Source: Schaalia odontolytica (GTDB taxonomy: Bacteria; Actinomycetota; Actinomycetes; Actinomycetales; Actinomycetaceae). Taken from it: DNA of 32,000 nt. Below are positions 1 through 6,886 of this stretch, in pieces. Numbering within the stretch: position 1 is the first letter of the stretch; every line of letters begins with the position of its first letter. The translations under genes were made by a program, and so were the position numbers. The notes under the pieces are model-generated. The model was not told where the DNA came from. It ran no database searches and worked only from the letters and a program-made list of their open reading frames with translations. The stretch lies in NCBI RefSeq assembly GCF_005696695.1, contig NZ_CP040006.1:210001-242000 (forward strand). The letters are read 5' to 3'.

Positions 1-961
1 CAACGCCAGCAGCGATGATGTACGCCGCCGTCGAGTACACGCGGGTTGCAGCCATGACGCCGATGTTCTCGGCGTAGGTGGTCGTACCCGAACCGCCGCC
101 GCTGCCGGCCAGCATCGTGGAGAGGCCGTCCGCGACGAGCGCGCGGCCCGTCAGATCGTCCATGTTCTCGCCCGTCATCGCGGACACCGACTTCACGTGG
201 CCGACGTTCTCGGCGACCAGGATGAACACAACCGGCAGGAACAGGCCGAGGGTCGAGAAGGAGAATGCGGGGGTGTGGAATTCGGGGAAGCCGATCCAAG
301 CGGCGTTGCTCACCTTGGAGAAGTCGACCTCGCCCTGGATGATCGCGGCCACGTAGCCGATCAGCACGCCGATGAGGATCGAGAGGCGACCGAGGATGCC
401 CTTGAAGAGGACGGTCACGAGGCAGATCGACACGATCGTCACGACGGCCGTGATCGGCCCTCGCTTGACCCAGTCCCACGCGGGGGGCGCCAGGTTCAGG
501 CCGATGAGCGCCACGATCGCGCCCGTCACCACGGGCGGCATGACAGCGTCAATCCAACGCACGCCCGCGAAGTGGACGATCAGGCCGACGAGCGCCAGCG
601 TCGCGCCGACCGCAATGATGCCGCCGAGCGCGTAGGAGGGGCCCATGGAGGAGCTGACTGCCTGGATCGGCGCGATCAGCGCGAACGAGGAACCCAGGTA
701 CGAGGGCAGGCGACCCGCCGTAATCAGGAAGAACAGCAGGGTGCCGATCGCGGTGAAAAAAAGCGTTGTTGACGGGGGGAAACCCGTCAACAACGGAACA
801 AGGAACGTGGCGCCAAACATCGCGACCACGTGCTGAGCACCAATACCAGCGGTGCGCGGCCACGAGAGTCGTTCACTCGGAAGGACGACGTCGCCGGGAT
901 TAATGGACGTGCCGTTACCGTGAAGCTTCCAACGGAACAGCGGGGTCTTCGTTTCGCTCAT
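1..961 (-). CDS. NCS2-family nucleobase:cation symporter (uracil/xanthine permease type). N-terminal ~320 codons only; the 3' end lies beyond the window start.
   Basis: Absent from the ORF track because there is no stop inside the window. My reverse-strand translation from the ATG at 961-959 reads MSETKTPLFRWKLHGNGTSINPGDVVLPSERLSWPRTAGIGAQHVVAMFGATFLVPLLTG...TTYAENIGVMAATRVYS and stays open to position 1. The QHVxAMFGATxLVP and ENIGVxxxTRV motifs are typical of this family. Third codon positions are G/C-rich. Confidence 0.8.
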   Translation of the reverse strand, partial: MSETKTPLFRWKLHGNGTSINPGDVVLPSERLSWPRTAGIGAQHVVAMFGATFLVPLLTGFPPSTTLFFTAIGTLLFFLITAGRLPSYLGSSFALIAPIQAVSSSMGPSYALGGIIAVGATLALVGLIVHFAGVRWIDAVMPPVVTGAIVALIGLNLAPPAWDWVKRGPITAVVTIVSICLVTVLFKGILGRLSILIGVLIGYVAAIIQGEVDFSKVSNAAWIGFPEFHTPAFSFSTLGLFLPVVFILVAENVGHVKSVSAMTGENMDDLTGRALVADGLSTMLAGSGGGSGTTTYAENIGVMAATRVYSTAAYIIAAGV

Positions 962-1120
962 AAGCGTACAAATCCGATCAGTTGATGGGCAGAATGGCCG
1001 TACCGGTCGGAATAACAGGGTAGCGCGTCCGTCCCCGTCCCCGCAGGTTTCGCCACGCCTAAACCCCTCCAGCGGGCAAAGTGTGGTGCATGCCCCTCCC
1101 ATTATGGAATAGTGGAGCAC

Positions 1121-1567
1121 ATGAGTCAGCCGTCCTCGAATATCGCCCCCGCCGTCTCGAGCGTGCCCTGGGCGACCCCGGATGTGACCTCGTCGATGGA
1201 TGCGCCGGGCGACCGCTTCGGATACGCGCCGGGCCGCCTTCGCGTCCCCAGCGCCGACCTCTCGGGGCCCACGTTCCCCGGGACGCAGTACGTGGACGTT
1301 GCTGCGATCTTCGCCGACGGCGGCTACAACTCGCCCAAGCCGATCGGGAATCCCCTCGCGAAGGCTGCCCTGTGGGTCAGCGTCTTCGGACTTTTCGGCC
1401 TTCCGGTGATCGCCTCGGTCGTCCTTGCGATCATTGCCCTCGTGCAGGCGCAAAACCTGCCTGACCGCGTCGGCGCGCGCGAAGCCATCGCAGCCCTCGC
1501 ATTCGACGGCATCCTGATCGGCGGCGCCGTGATCTTCTATCTGATTGGCCTCTCTGGGCTCTTCTAA
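1121..1567 (+). CDS. Small membrane protein (DUF4190-like, two C-terminal hydrophobic helices)
   Basis: Track ORF 1112..1567. The frame has high GC3. The C-terminal half (AALWVSVFGLFGLPVIASVVLAIIALV...GILIGGAVIFYLIGLSGLF) is hydrophobic. The start is uncertain (GTG 1112 or ATG 1121). Confidence 0.55.
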   Translation: MSQPSSNIAPAVSSVPWATPDVTSSMDAPGDRFGYAPGRLRVPSADLSGPTFPGTQYVDVAAIFADGGYNSPKPIGNPLAKAALWVSVFGLFGLPVIASVVLAIIALVQAQNLPDRVGAREAIAALAFDGILIGGAVIFYLIGLSGLF

Positions 1568-1657
1568 GGGGTTCGTGCCGCGCTGTGACCTGCTCCATTG
1601 GCCAGGATTGGCGCTGAGAGCCTTTTGTCGCTTATGATTGTCCGGCACGATGTGCAC

Positions 1658-1745
1658 GGAGGATTCGCCTAGTGGCCTATGGCGCACGCTTGGAAAGCGT
1701 GTTGGGTGCAAGCCCTCGGGGGTTCGAATCCCCCATCCTCCGCCA
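1658..1745 (+). tRNA. tRNA-Ser (anticodon GGA), CCA encoded
   Basis: Manual cloverleaf: acceptor GGAGGAT/ATCCTCC, anticodon stem CACGC/GCGTG with loop TTGGAAA, a long variable arm, T arm GGGGG-TTCGAAT-CCCCC, and a 3' GCCA. Confidence 0.9.
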
Positions 1746-1750
1746 CCGGA

Positions 1751-1781
1751 CCCCGGGACCGCTTCAGGTTCCGGGGTTTTT
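1751..1781 (+). terminator. Rho-independent terminator after tRNA-Ser
   Basis: CCCCGGGACC-gcttca-GGTTCCGGGG forms a 10-bp stem with one G-U pair and is followed by TTTTT. Confidence 0.65.
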
Positions 1782-1852
1782 GTTGCCTATGGCGTCGCTG
1801 GCGTTCCGGGCGCCGTCGGGCCCGGCCGCCTTGATTGGCCGGGCCGCTGTGT

Positions 1853-1954
1853 GTGTCGGTGGGCGGTGGCCCGCCCGCGAGCCGTCCGCGCCGCGAGCTC
1901 CGCTCGGCGCGTCGTCTCGAAGCCCGGCCAGGCCCCGCCACCGCCCACCGGCAC
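1853..1954 (+). repeat. GC-rich hairpin repeat element, copy A (~102 bp, 17-nt terminal inverted arms)
   Basis: Arms GTGTCGGTGGGCGGTGG (1853-1869) and CCACCGCCCACCGGCAC (1938-1954) are complementary at 16/17 positions. Internal blocks CCCGCCCGCGAG and GCCCGGCCAGGCC are shared with the copy at 29546-29649. An internal small hairpin GAGC-tcc-GCTC is present. Confidence 0.7.
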
Positions 1955-2069
1955 CGCGGCCAGGCCCTCCAAACCAGTGGCGCTCTCCGCACCGGCGGCG
2001 CTTGTGGTGCTGTGCGCATCGGCCGGCAATCGGACGGTCCCGCGCTGCTGAACCCAGGCCTCGTCCCCC

Positions 2070-2633
2070 TTAGACTCCGAGGCCCTCGACGATCTCTGCG
2101 CCCGGGAGCGCGGCCAGGACCTCGCCCGTCACAAAGAGCTTCGATCGGCGCAGGCCCGAGCCGATGCAGCTCCATCCGACCGCGCACGCCGAGTCGATGA
2201 GGAGCCGCCATGAGCCGGGTACGCCCACCGGCGTGATGCCGCCGTACTCCATGCCCGACGCCTCGACCGCGCGTTCCTGCGGCCAGAAACTCGCCTTGCG
2301 CACGTCGAGGCGCTTCTTCACGACGTGGTTGACGTCCGCGTTCGTCGTCGCGCGCACGACGCACGCCGCGATCCGCTCTTCGCCGGCGCGCTTGCCGGCC
2401 ACCAGAATGCAGTTCGACGACAGCGCCAGGTCCATGCCGAATTCGCGCGTCATGACCTCCGTGTCCGCGAGCTCCGGGTCGATCGCGACAACCAGTGCCG
2501 ACGAGGCCGTGGCCACGCCGCGCTCGGCCAACGCGGTCAGTGCGGCGGCGACGGGTGGGGCGAGCAGATCGAGATGGTCCAGTGCGGGTGCCGGCTCCAG
2601 TGAGCCGATGCCGGGAATGATGATGTCGCTCAT
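2070..2633 (-). CDS. YbaK/EbsC-type aminoacyl-tRNA editing (deacylase) domain protein, 187 aa
   Basis: This is the C-terminal 187 aa of track ORF 2070..3002, starting at MSDIIIPGIG (ATG at 2633-2631). The sequence ...NCILVAGKRAGEERIAACVV...GMEYGGITPVGVP... resembles YbaK/ProX-family deacylases. The upstream 123 codons of the ORF are low-complexity and overlap intergenic sequence. Confidence 0.7.
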   Translation of the reverse strand: MSDIIIPGIGSLEPAPALDHLDLLAPPVAAALTALAERGVATASSALVVAIDPELADTEVMTREFGMDLALSSNCILVAGKRAGEERIAACVVRATTNADVNHVVKKRLDVRKASFWPQERAVEASGMEYGGITPVGVPGSWRLLIDSACAVGWSCIGSGLRRSKLFVTGEVLAALPGAEIVEGLGV

Positions 2634-3009
2634 GGTCTCAGGGTAGGTCTGCTTGCCACGGCTTGGTGGCGCCTGGTCATTCCTTAAGCGCGTGTAACGA
2701 TCGTGGTGTGTGCGTTGTGCGTGGGGTGTTTGTGTGAGGCTGGCGCGTTGCGGTCGTCGCAGCTGCGCGCGGGGGGCGAAAACGTGTATGCTGGGGGCCG
2801 GTCCTCCGCGTGACGGTATCATCCGAACCTCCCCAGGGCAGGAATGCAGCAAGGATAAGGGTGCGCTGCCGGGTGCGCGGAGGATCTTTGTATATGCTGC
2901 TCGATCTTGGTCGACTGCAGGATGCTTTTCTTCGATGTGGTTCAGGCCATAGCTCTTGATTTTGCATCCCGGCGAAGAGCGTGTAAGCTTATACCCAGCC
3001 AAACGGCAA

Positions 3010-3082
3010 GCGCCCGTAGCTCAATGGATAGAGCATCTGATTACGGTTCAGAAGGTTGGGGGTTCGAGTCCCTCCGGGCGCG
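3010..3082 (+). tRNA. tRNA-Arg (anticodon ACG)
   Basis: Manual cloverleaf: acceptor GCGCCCG/CGGGCGC, D arm GCTC-AATGGATA-GAGC, anticodon stem TCTGA/TCAGA with loop TTACGGT, T loop TTCGAGT. No CCA is encoded. Confidence 0.9.
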
Positions 3083-3133
3083 CAGCGGCCCCCCTCGGTG
3101 CGATCCACCGGTGGGGGTTCTGCATTTCTACCA

Positions 3134-3158
3134 AGCACTCCTTCGGGAGTGCTTTTTT
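3134..3158 (+). terminator. Rho-independent terminator after tRNA-Arg
   Basis: AGCACTCC-ttcg-GGAGTGCT is a perfect 8-bp stem with a tetraloop, followed by TTTTT. Confidence 0.75.
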
Positions 3159-3309
3159 CATGCTCATTTCGCGACTGTGATGGTCTCAGCAAGTCGGTTC
3201 CCGCTTGAGCCGAGACAAAGTTCGCCCAACGCTGTCCCTTCAGTGGTACTTCCGTGAAAAAATTCGCCCTGCTCGACAAAAACCACTCATTTTGGGCTGT
3301 TTTGAGCGC

Positions 3310-3382
3310 GCTGGGCGAGTTTTTTCGCGTTCTGGGGTGCATCCGTGCCGTGCTGGGCGAATTTTGTCGCGTTCTGGGGCAA
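3310..3382 (+). repeat. Pair of 31-bp imperfect direct repeats (period ~42 bp)
   Basis: GCTGGGCGAGTTTTTTCGCGTTCTGGGGTGC (3310-3340) matches GCTGGGCGAATTTTGTCGCGTTCTGGGGCAA (3352-3382). Confidence 0.6.
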
Positions 3383-3397
3383 CGGACGCCATCGCTA

Positions 3398-3560
3398 TGA
3401 AACCGGTGGCACCTTTGCGAGCGGATGTGGGCGGCTGAATGAAACCGACATCGCCTCTGCGAGCGAGAAACGCGCTCGAAAAGACTGAAAGTGGTGAGCA
3501 AAGGTGCTGCGGGTTTCAGTGTCGCGACGGTTTGCCCGTGCAAAGGTGCTGGCGGTTTCA
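3398..3560. repeat. Nested inverted arrangement of four 21-nt units, which could form a ~160-nt imperfect hairpin
   Basis: Units are TGAAACCGGTGGCACCTTTGC (3398-3418) and TGAAACCGACATCGCCTCTGC (3440-3460) on the plus strand. Reverse-complement copies are GCAAAGGTGCTGCGGGTTTCA (3498-3518) and GCAAAGGTGCTGGCGGTTTCA (3540-3560). The outer pair matches 18/21, the inner pair 16/21, and the two inverted units match each other 19/21. A central small hairpin GAGCG-agaaacg-CGCTC is present. Confidence 0.6.
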
Positions 3561-3616
3561 ATCTGGTGGAAGTGCTCGCCAGTAGGGTGTCACCGCATTC
3601 ATCTGAGGTGGCTGCG

Positions 3617-3662
3617 GTGCCCGTGGGTGGCGGCGGGGCCTGGCCGGGCTTCGAGACGACGC
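3617..3662 (-). repeat. Partial copy (3' half) of the GC-rich hairpin repeat, inverted orientation
   Basis: The reverse complement of 3617-3662 matches 1909-1954 at 43/46 positions by manual alignment (GCGTCGTCTCGAAGCCCGGCCAGGCCCCGCC...). Confidence 0.75.
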
Positions 3663-3695
3663 GTAGAGCTGCCGAACAGCGACCCAGCCCCACTG

Positions 3696-3807
3696 GTGTG
3701 GAGGGCGCCGGAGGGACCGGAGGGCACGGGCGGGCTTCGAGGCGCGGCGCCGAACGAAGTGAGGCCCTAGCCTCGCGGGCGACCGGGCCCTGCGGCGCCC
3801 GGAACAC
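3696..3807 (-). repeat. Degenerate copy of the GC-rich hairpin repeat, inverted orientation
   Basis: Arms GTGTGGAGGGCGCCGG (3696-3711) and GCGGCGCCCGGAACAC (3792-3807) are about 12/16 complementary. On the reverse strand the element begins GTGTTCCGGGCGCC...CGCCCGCGAGG, like the other copies. Confidence 0.5.
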
Positions 3808-3885
3808 CCGTGGGGGCCACAAGCAGCCCGGCCCAACAGGGCACATAGAGCAGCCCGGAACACCCGTGGGGGCCACAAGCAGCCC
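3798..3885 (+). repeat. Two perfect 32-bp direct repeats (period 56 bp)
   Basis: CCCGGAACACCCGTGGGGGCCACAAGCAGCCC occurs at 3798-3829 and 3854-3885. The second copy abuts the gluQ stop codon. Confidence 0.8.
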
Positions 3886-4800
3886 TCAGGAACTGGGAGG
3901 CGTCACGACCCACGGCTCGGTCGGCAGGGAACGCAATCCTGAAATCCCCAGGGCGTCCGCAATGTCGGAGGCGCAACGCGCCCCGGGCACTCCCAGGGAC
4001 GACCCGATAAACGAAACGACGTCCTCGGTGGACCAGCCCAGGCCTCGTAGGTCAGAGAGGGTGACGGCGCCGTCGCGCTTGGCCAACCGGGCCCCTGAGG
4101 GCGCGAGCGCGAGGGGCACGTGCGCGTACGTTGGCTCGGGGGCCCCGAGCAAGTGGGCGAGCTGCGCCTGCGCGGGCGCCTGGGAGAGCAGGTCGAAGCC
4201 GCGCACGACCTGGTCGACGCCCTGGAACGCGTCGTCGACGACGGCCGCCAGGTTGTAGGCGGGCACGCCGTCCGCGCGGCGTACGACGAAGTGGTCGACA
4301 GCCCCGGTGTAGGAGCCGTGCAGCTCGTCGAACACGGTCCACTCGGGCGAGGGGGCGGCCAGGCGCAGCGCGGGGGCGCGCCCAGCGGCGGCCAGTGCCG
4401 CGCGTTTAGCCTCGCGCTCGGAGTCGCTCAGCGTCAGGCAGGTGCCCGGGTAGTGGCCGGGTGGGACGTGCGGCGCGGAGGCGGCCTCGCGGATGTCGCG
4501 GCGGGTGCAGTAGCACTCGAAGATGAGCCCGCGCGCGGCCAGCGACGCCAGGGCGGCCTCGTGCGCGTCGGCCCGCGTGGTTTGGATGAGGGGCTCGCCG
4601 TCCCAGTCGACTCCGATCGCCGCCAGGTCCTCGATCTGGCGCTCGGCGGACCCCGCGCGTTCGCGGTCGATGTCCTCGATGCGTAGGACGAATCGCCGCC
4701 CGGTCGTGCGCGCCCACGCCCACGCGAGGATCGCGGTGCGCAGGTTGCCCAGGTGGAAGTCGCCCGTGGGGGAGGGCGCGAATCGTCCGGTGTTCGTCAT
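3886..4800 (-). CDS. gluQ: Glutamyl-Q tRNA(Asp) synthetase (GluQRS/YadB)
   Basis: 304 aa. A truncated GluRS-like catalytic domain without an anticodon-binding domain. It has the SPTGDFHLGNLRTA (HIGH-type) motif, the FECYCTRRD cysteine cluster, and RLAKRDG (KMSKS-like). Confidence 0.85.
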   Translation of the reverse strand: MTNTGRFAPSPTGDFHLGNLRTAILAWAWARTTGRRFVLRIEDIDRERAGSAERQIEDLAAIGVDWDGEPLIQTTRADAHEAALASLAARGLIFECYCTRRDIREAASAPHVPPGHYPGTCLTLSDSEREAKRAALAAAGRAPALRLAAPSPEWTVFDELHGSYTGAVDHFVVRRADGVPAYNLAAVVDDAFQGVDQVVRGFDLLSQAPAQAQLAHLLGAPEPTYAHVPLALAPSGARLAKRDGAVTLSDLRGLGWSTEDVVSFIGSSLGVPGARCASDIADALGISGLRSLPTEPWVVTPPSS

Positions 4801-4880
4801 GCGCCCAGTGTACGAGGCGGTGGCCGCCTCCCGGGATCCGCCTCCCCGGGTGGTGGCGCGGCGGGCGTACAGTGGGGTGC

Positions 4881-5345
4881 ATGGTGAGTTTTCGGGTGCC
4901 CGACTGGTTGGCGGTCTTCGTGGGCGGGGTCGTGGGGACGGCTGCGCGTGCCGGCCTGGACGAGGTCGCGAAGGCCTCTCCCGTGCGTGGCCTCTTCCTG
5001 TCGTGGTCGACGCTGACGGTCAACGCCGTGGGTGCGTTCCTCCTGGGCGCGCTGGCCGCGTGGGTGTCGGGACACCTGGCTCGCGGAGTGGGGGATGCAG
5101 CCTCACTGAAATCCCTGAAGCTCCTGGTTGGCACGGGTTTCGCGGGCGCATTCACCACGTACGGGACATACATCGTTGCGTCGGTGGGGTACGCCTCGCT
5201 TAATGGAATTGTCGAGGCCGTCTCTCAGTCCCTCGGTCTCCTGGCCCTGGGCGGGGCCTGCGCCTGGGCAGGGATGTGCGTGGGGGAGTGGCTGTGCGCC
5301 CCATCGGGCGCGCGCCCTGTCAGCGGCGAGGAGGGGCAAGCATGA
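4881..5345 (+). CDS. crcB: Fluoride channel CrcB/Fluc, subunit 1
   Basis: Track ORF 4872..5345. Motifs GGVVGTAAR, NAVGAFLLG and GFAGAFTTYGT are present. The stop overlaps the next crcB start (ATGA). The start is uncertain (4872, 4881 or 4884). Confidence 0.8.
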   Translation: MVSFRVPDWLAVFVGGVVGTAARAGLDEVAKASPVRGLFLSWSTLTVNAVGAFLLGALAAWVSGHLARGVGDAASLKSLKLLVGTGFAGAFTTYGTYIVASVGYASLNGIVEAVSQSLGLLALGGACAWAGMCVGEWLCAPSGARPVSGEEGQA

Positions 5346-5713
5346 GCGGATCGACCTTCCTGTTCGTGGTCCTGGCCGGCGGCGTAGGTGCGTGCGCCCG
5401 CTTCTGGCTGGATCGAGGGACTCAGCGCGCCCTGTCGTCGTGGGGTGACCCGGCGGGAGCGAAGCTCGGCATCCTGGTCGTCAACGTCATCGGGTGTTTC
5501 CTGGCCGGCGCGGCCACTCAGCTGGTGCCCGTGGGCCTCATGCCGATCGTGTCGACGGGGTTCCTGGGTGGCTTCACGACGTTTTCGACGGCGCTCGTGG
5601 ATTCGGTGACCCTGTGGGCGGACGGGTTCCGGGGGCGCGGCCTCGCCCTGGCCCTCGGCACGTGGGCGGCCTCGTGGGGCGCTGCGCTCGCTGGCATCGC
5701 CTGTGCCGGATAG
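5342..5713 (+). CDS. crcB: Fluoride channel CrcB/Fluc, subunit 2
   Basis: MSGSTFLFVVLAGGVGACARF...NVIGCFLAG...GFLGGFTTFST, 123 aa. The ATG at 5342 overlaps the upstream stop. Paired crcB genes are typical of actinobacteria. Confidence 0.85.
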   Translation: MSGSTFLFVVLAGGVGACARFWLDRGTQRALSSWGDPAGAKLGILVVNVIGCFLAGAATQLVPVGLMPIVSTGFLGGFTTFSTALVDSVTLWADGFRGRGLALALGTWAASWGAALAGIACAG

Positions 5714-5863
5714 GCGTTTGTCACGCAACTGGGGCCACTATACGGGCTGATGGGTGAGGGTTTAGCCACGATACGGAGTTTTGTAACAGCATTCCGAGCG
5801 CTCGCGACGCTGGCCCTCATATGCTGATGTTGCGGGCCGTGCGGCCCAGTAACGGAGATGCAC

Positions 5864-6886
5864 ATGATTGACCTCACCGGGGTGTCCAAGGTCTACCCCG
5901 TGAAAAACGGCGGCACGGTCGTCGCGCTCGATGGGGTGAACCTGCACGTTGATCGCGGTTCGATCCACGGGATCGTCGGCCGCTCGGGCGCCGGTAAGTC
6001 CACGCTTATCCGCTGTCTGACGGCACTGGAGAAGCCCACCGAGGGCCACATTGTCGTCGACGGCCTCGACCTGGCGACCCTGACGGGTTCAGCGCTGCGC
6101 GCCGCCCGTCGTCGCATCGGCATGGTCTTCCAGGCCGCGAACCTCCTGGACGCTCGCACTGCCGCCGATAACATCGGCTACCCGCTCAAGCTGGCAGGCG
6201 TGCCCGCCGCGAAGCGCCGTGAGCGCGTCGAAGAGCTCCTATCGCTCGTGGGCCTCGAGGGCCGCGGCGACTCCTACCCGTCCCAGCTGTCGGGCGGCCA
6301 GCGTCAGCGCGTCGGCATCGCCCGCGCCCTGGCCGACAACCCCGCCGTTCTCCTGTGCGACGAGCCGACCAGCGCGCTCGACACCGAGTCGACCGCTCAG
6401 ATCCTGTCCCTGCTGCGCCACGTGCGCGACGTCGCCGGCGTCACCGTCGTCGTCATCACCCACGAGATGGCCGTCGTCCGCGAGATCTGCGACTCCGTGA
6501 CCCTCCTCGGCCACGGCCAGGTCCTGCAGACCGGCCCCCTCGAAGAGGTCGTGGCCGATCCTTCGACTCCGCTGGCCCGCGAACTGGTCCCCATGCCGGT
6601 CGTCGAGTCGCTTCCGACGGAATCCGCCGAGGGCCGCTTCGAGCCGAACGCGGTGGGCACCGTCCTCCTCGACGTCGTCTTCACCTCGCACCCGGGCGTG
6701 CCCACGGGCGCCACGGTCCTGCACCTGGCCTCGTCGATGGGCGCTGACGTGACCGCAGGAACCTTCGAGTCCCTCGGCAGCGTGCAGGTGGGGCGCCTGG
6801 CCCTGACCGTGCCCGCGTACCACGCTGACAAGATCATCGAGCAGCTGCGCAAGAACAACGTCCACGCGGAAGTGAGGGACCAATGA
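5864..6886 (+). CDS. metN: Methionine ABC transporter ATP-binding protein (with C-terminal NIL domain)
   Basis: Walker A GRSGAGKST, signature LSGGQRQR, Walker B LLCDEPTSALD. The C-terminal ~100 aa extension is typical of MetN. The ATG at 5864 sits 6 nt after GGAG; the track start at 5858 sits immediately after the SD. Confidence 0.9.
   Translation: MIDLTGVSKVYPVKNGGTVVALDGVNLHVDRGSIHGIVGRSGAGKSTLIRCLTALEKPTEGHIVVDGLDLATLTGSALRAARRRIGMVFQAANLLDARTAADNIGYPLKLAGVPAAKRRERVEELLSLVGLEGRGDSYPSQLSGGQRQRVGIARALADNPAVLLCDEPTSALDTESTAQILSLLRHVRDVAGVTVVVITHEMAVVREICDSVTLLGHGQVLQTGPLEEVVADPSTPLARELVPMPVVESLPTESAEGRFEPNAVGTVLLDVVFTSHPGVPTGATVLHLASSMGADVTAGTFESLGSVQVGRLALTVPAYHADKIIEQLRKNNVHAEVRDQ

Noticed and set aside
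1638-2364. Several 120-230-aa ORFs on both strands (1638-2051, 1672-2073, 1669-2364, 1835-2200) after tRNA-Ser.
   Set aside because: They overlap the tRNA, its terminator and the GC-rich hairpin repeat, or run antisense to the ybaK-type gene. The translations are Arg/Pro/Ala low-complexity.
2700-2745. G/T-rich tract, which gives a C/A-rich leader for ybaK on the minus strand. It resembles the tract at about 14070-14115 in the moeA leader (GTTGTG..TGGGGTG..TTTG).
   Set aside because: The similarity is ~75% over ~30 nt of low-complexity sequence. I cannot distinguish this from compositional coincidence without genome-wide statistics.
2634-3002. N-terminal 123-codon extension of the ybaK-type ORF, and analogous extensions of moeA (14004-14342), moaC (12692-13192), narK (15679-15729) and the MBL gene (27216-27272).
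   Set aside because: Family alignment by eye places the true N-termini at internal starts, several of which have good SD sequences. The extensions are low-complexity or overlap neighbouring genes.
2989-3876. 295-aa minus-strand ORF and the 255-aa plus-strand ORF 3491-4258 in the tRNA-Arg/gluQ spacer.
   Set aside because: The first runs through the tRNA-Arg gene. Both are built from the DNA repeats: repeated peptide motifs mirror the nucleotide repeats. The second overlaps gluQ antisense. There is no SD or coding-type codon bias.
3300-3890. CRISPR array or degraded integrated element at the tRNA-Arg 3' flank.
   Set aside because: Each repeat type occurs only twice, with different lengths and spacings and partly inverted orientation. 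There are no cas genes, no integrase or excisionase, and no duplicated tRNA 3' segment in the window.
4801-4880. Possible fluoride (crcB-motif) riboswitch upstream of the crcB pair: GGCGGUGGCCGCC...AUCCGCC...UGGUGGCGC.
   Set aside because: The resemblance to GGCGAUGG..UUCGCC / AAACCGCC / CUGAUGAU is only superficial. The conserved UUC and the 3' segment needed to pair with the first loop as a pseudoknot are missing. Only ~70 nt are available and they are shared with the divergent gluQ promoter. A cmscan with RF01734 would settle it.
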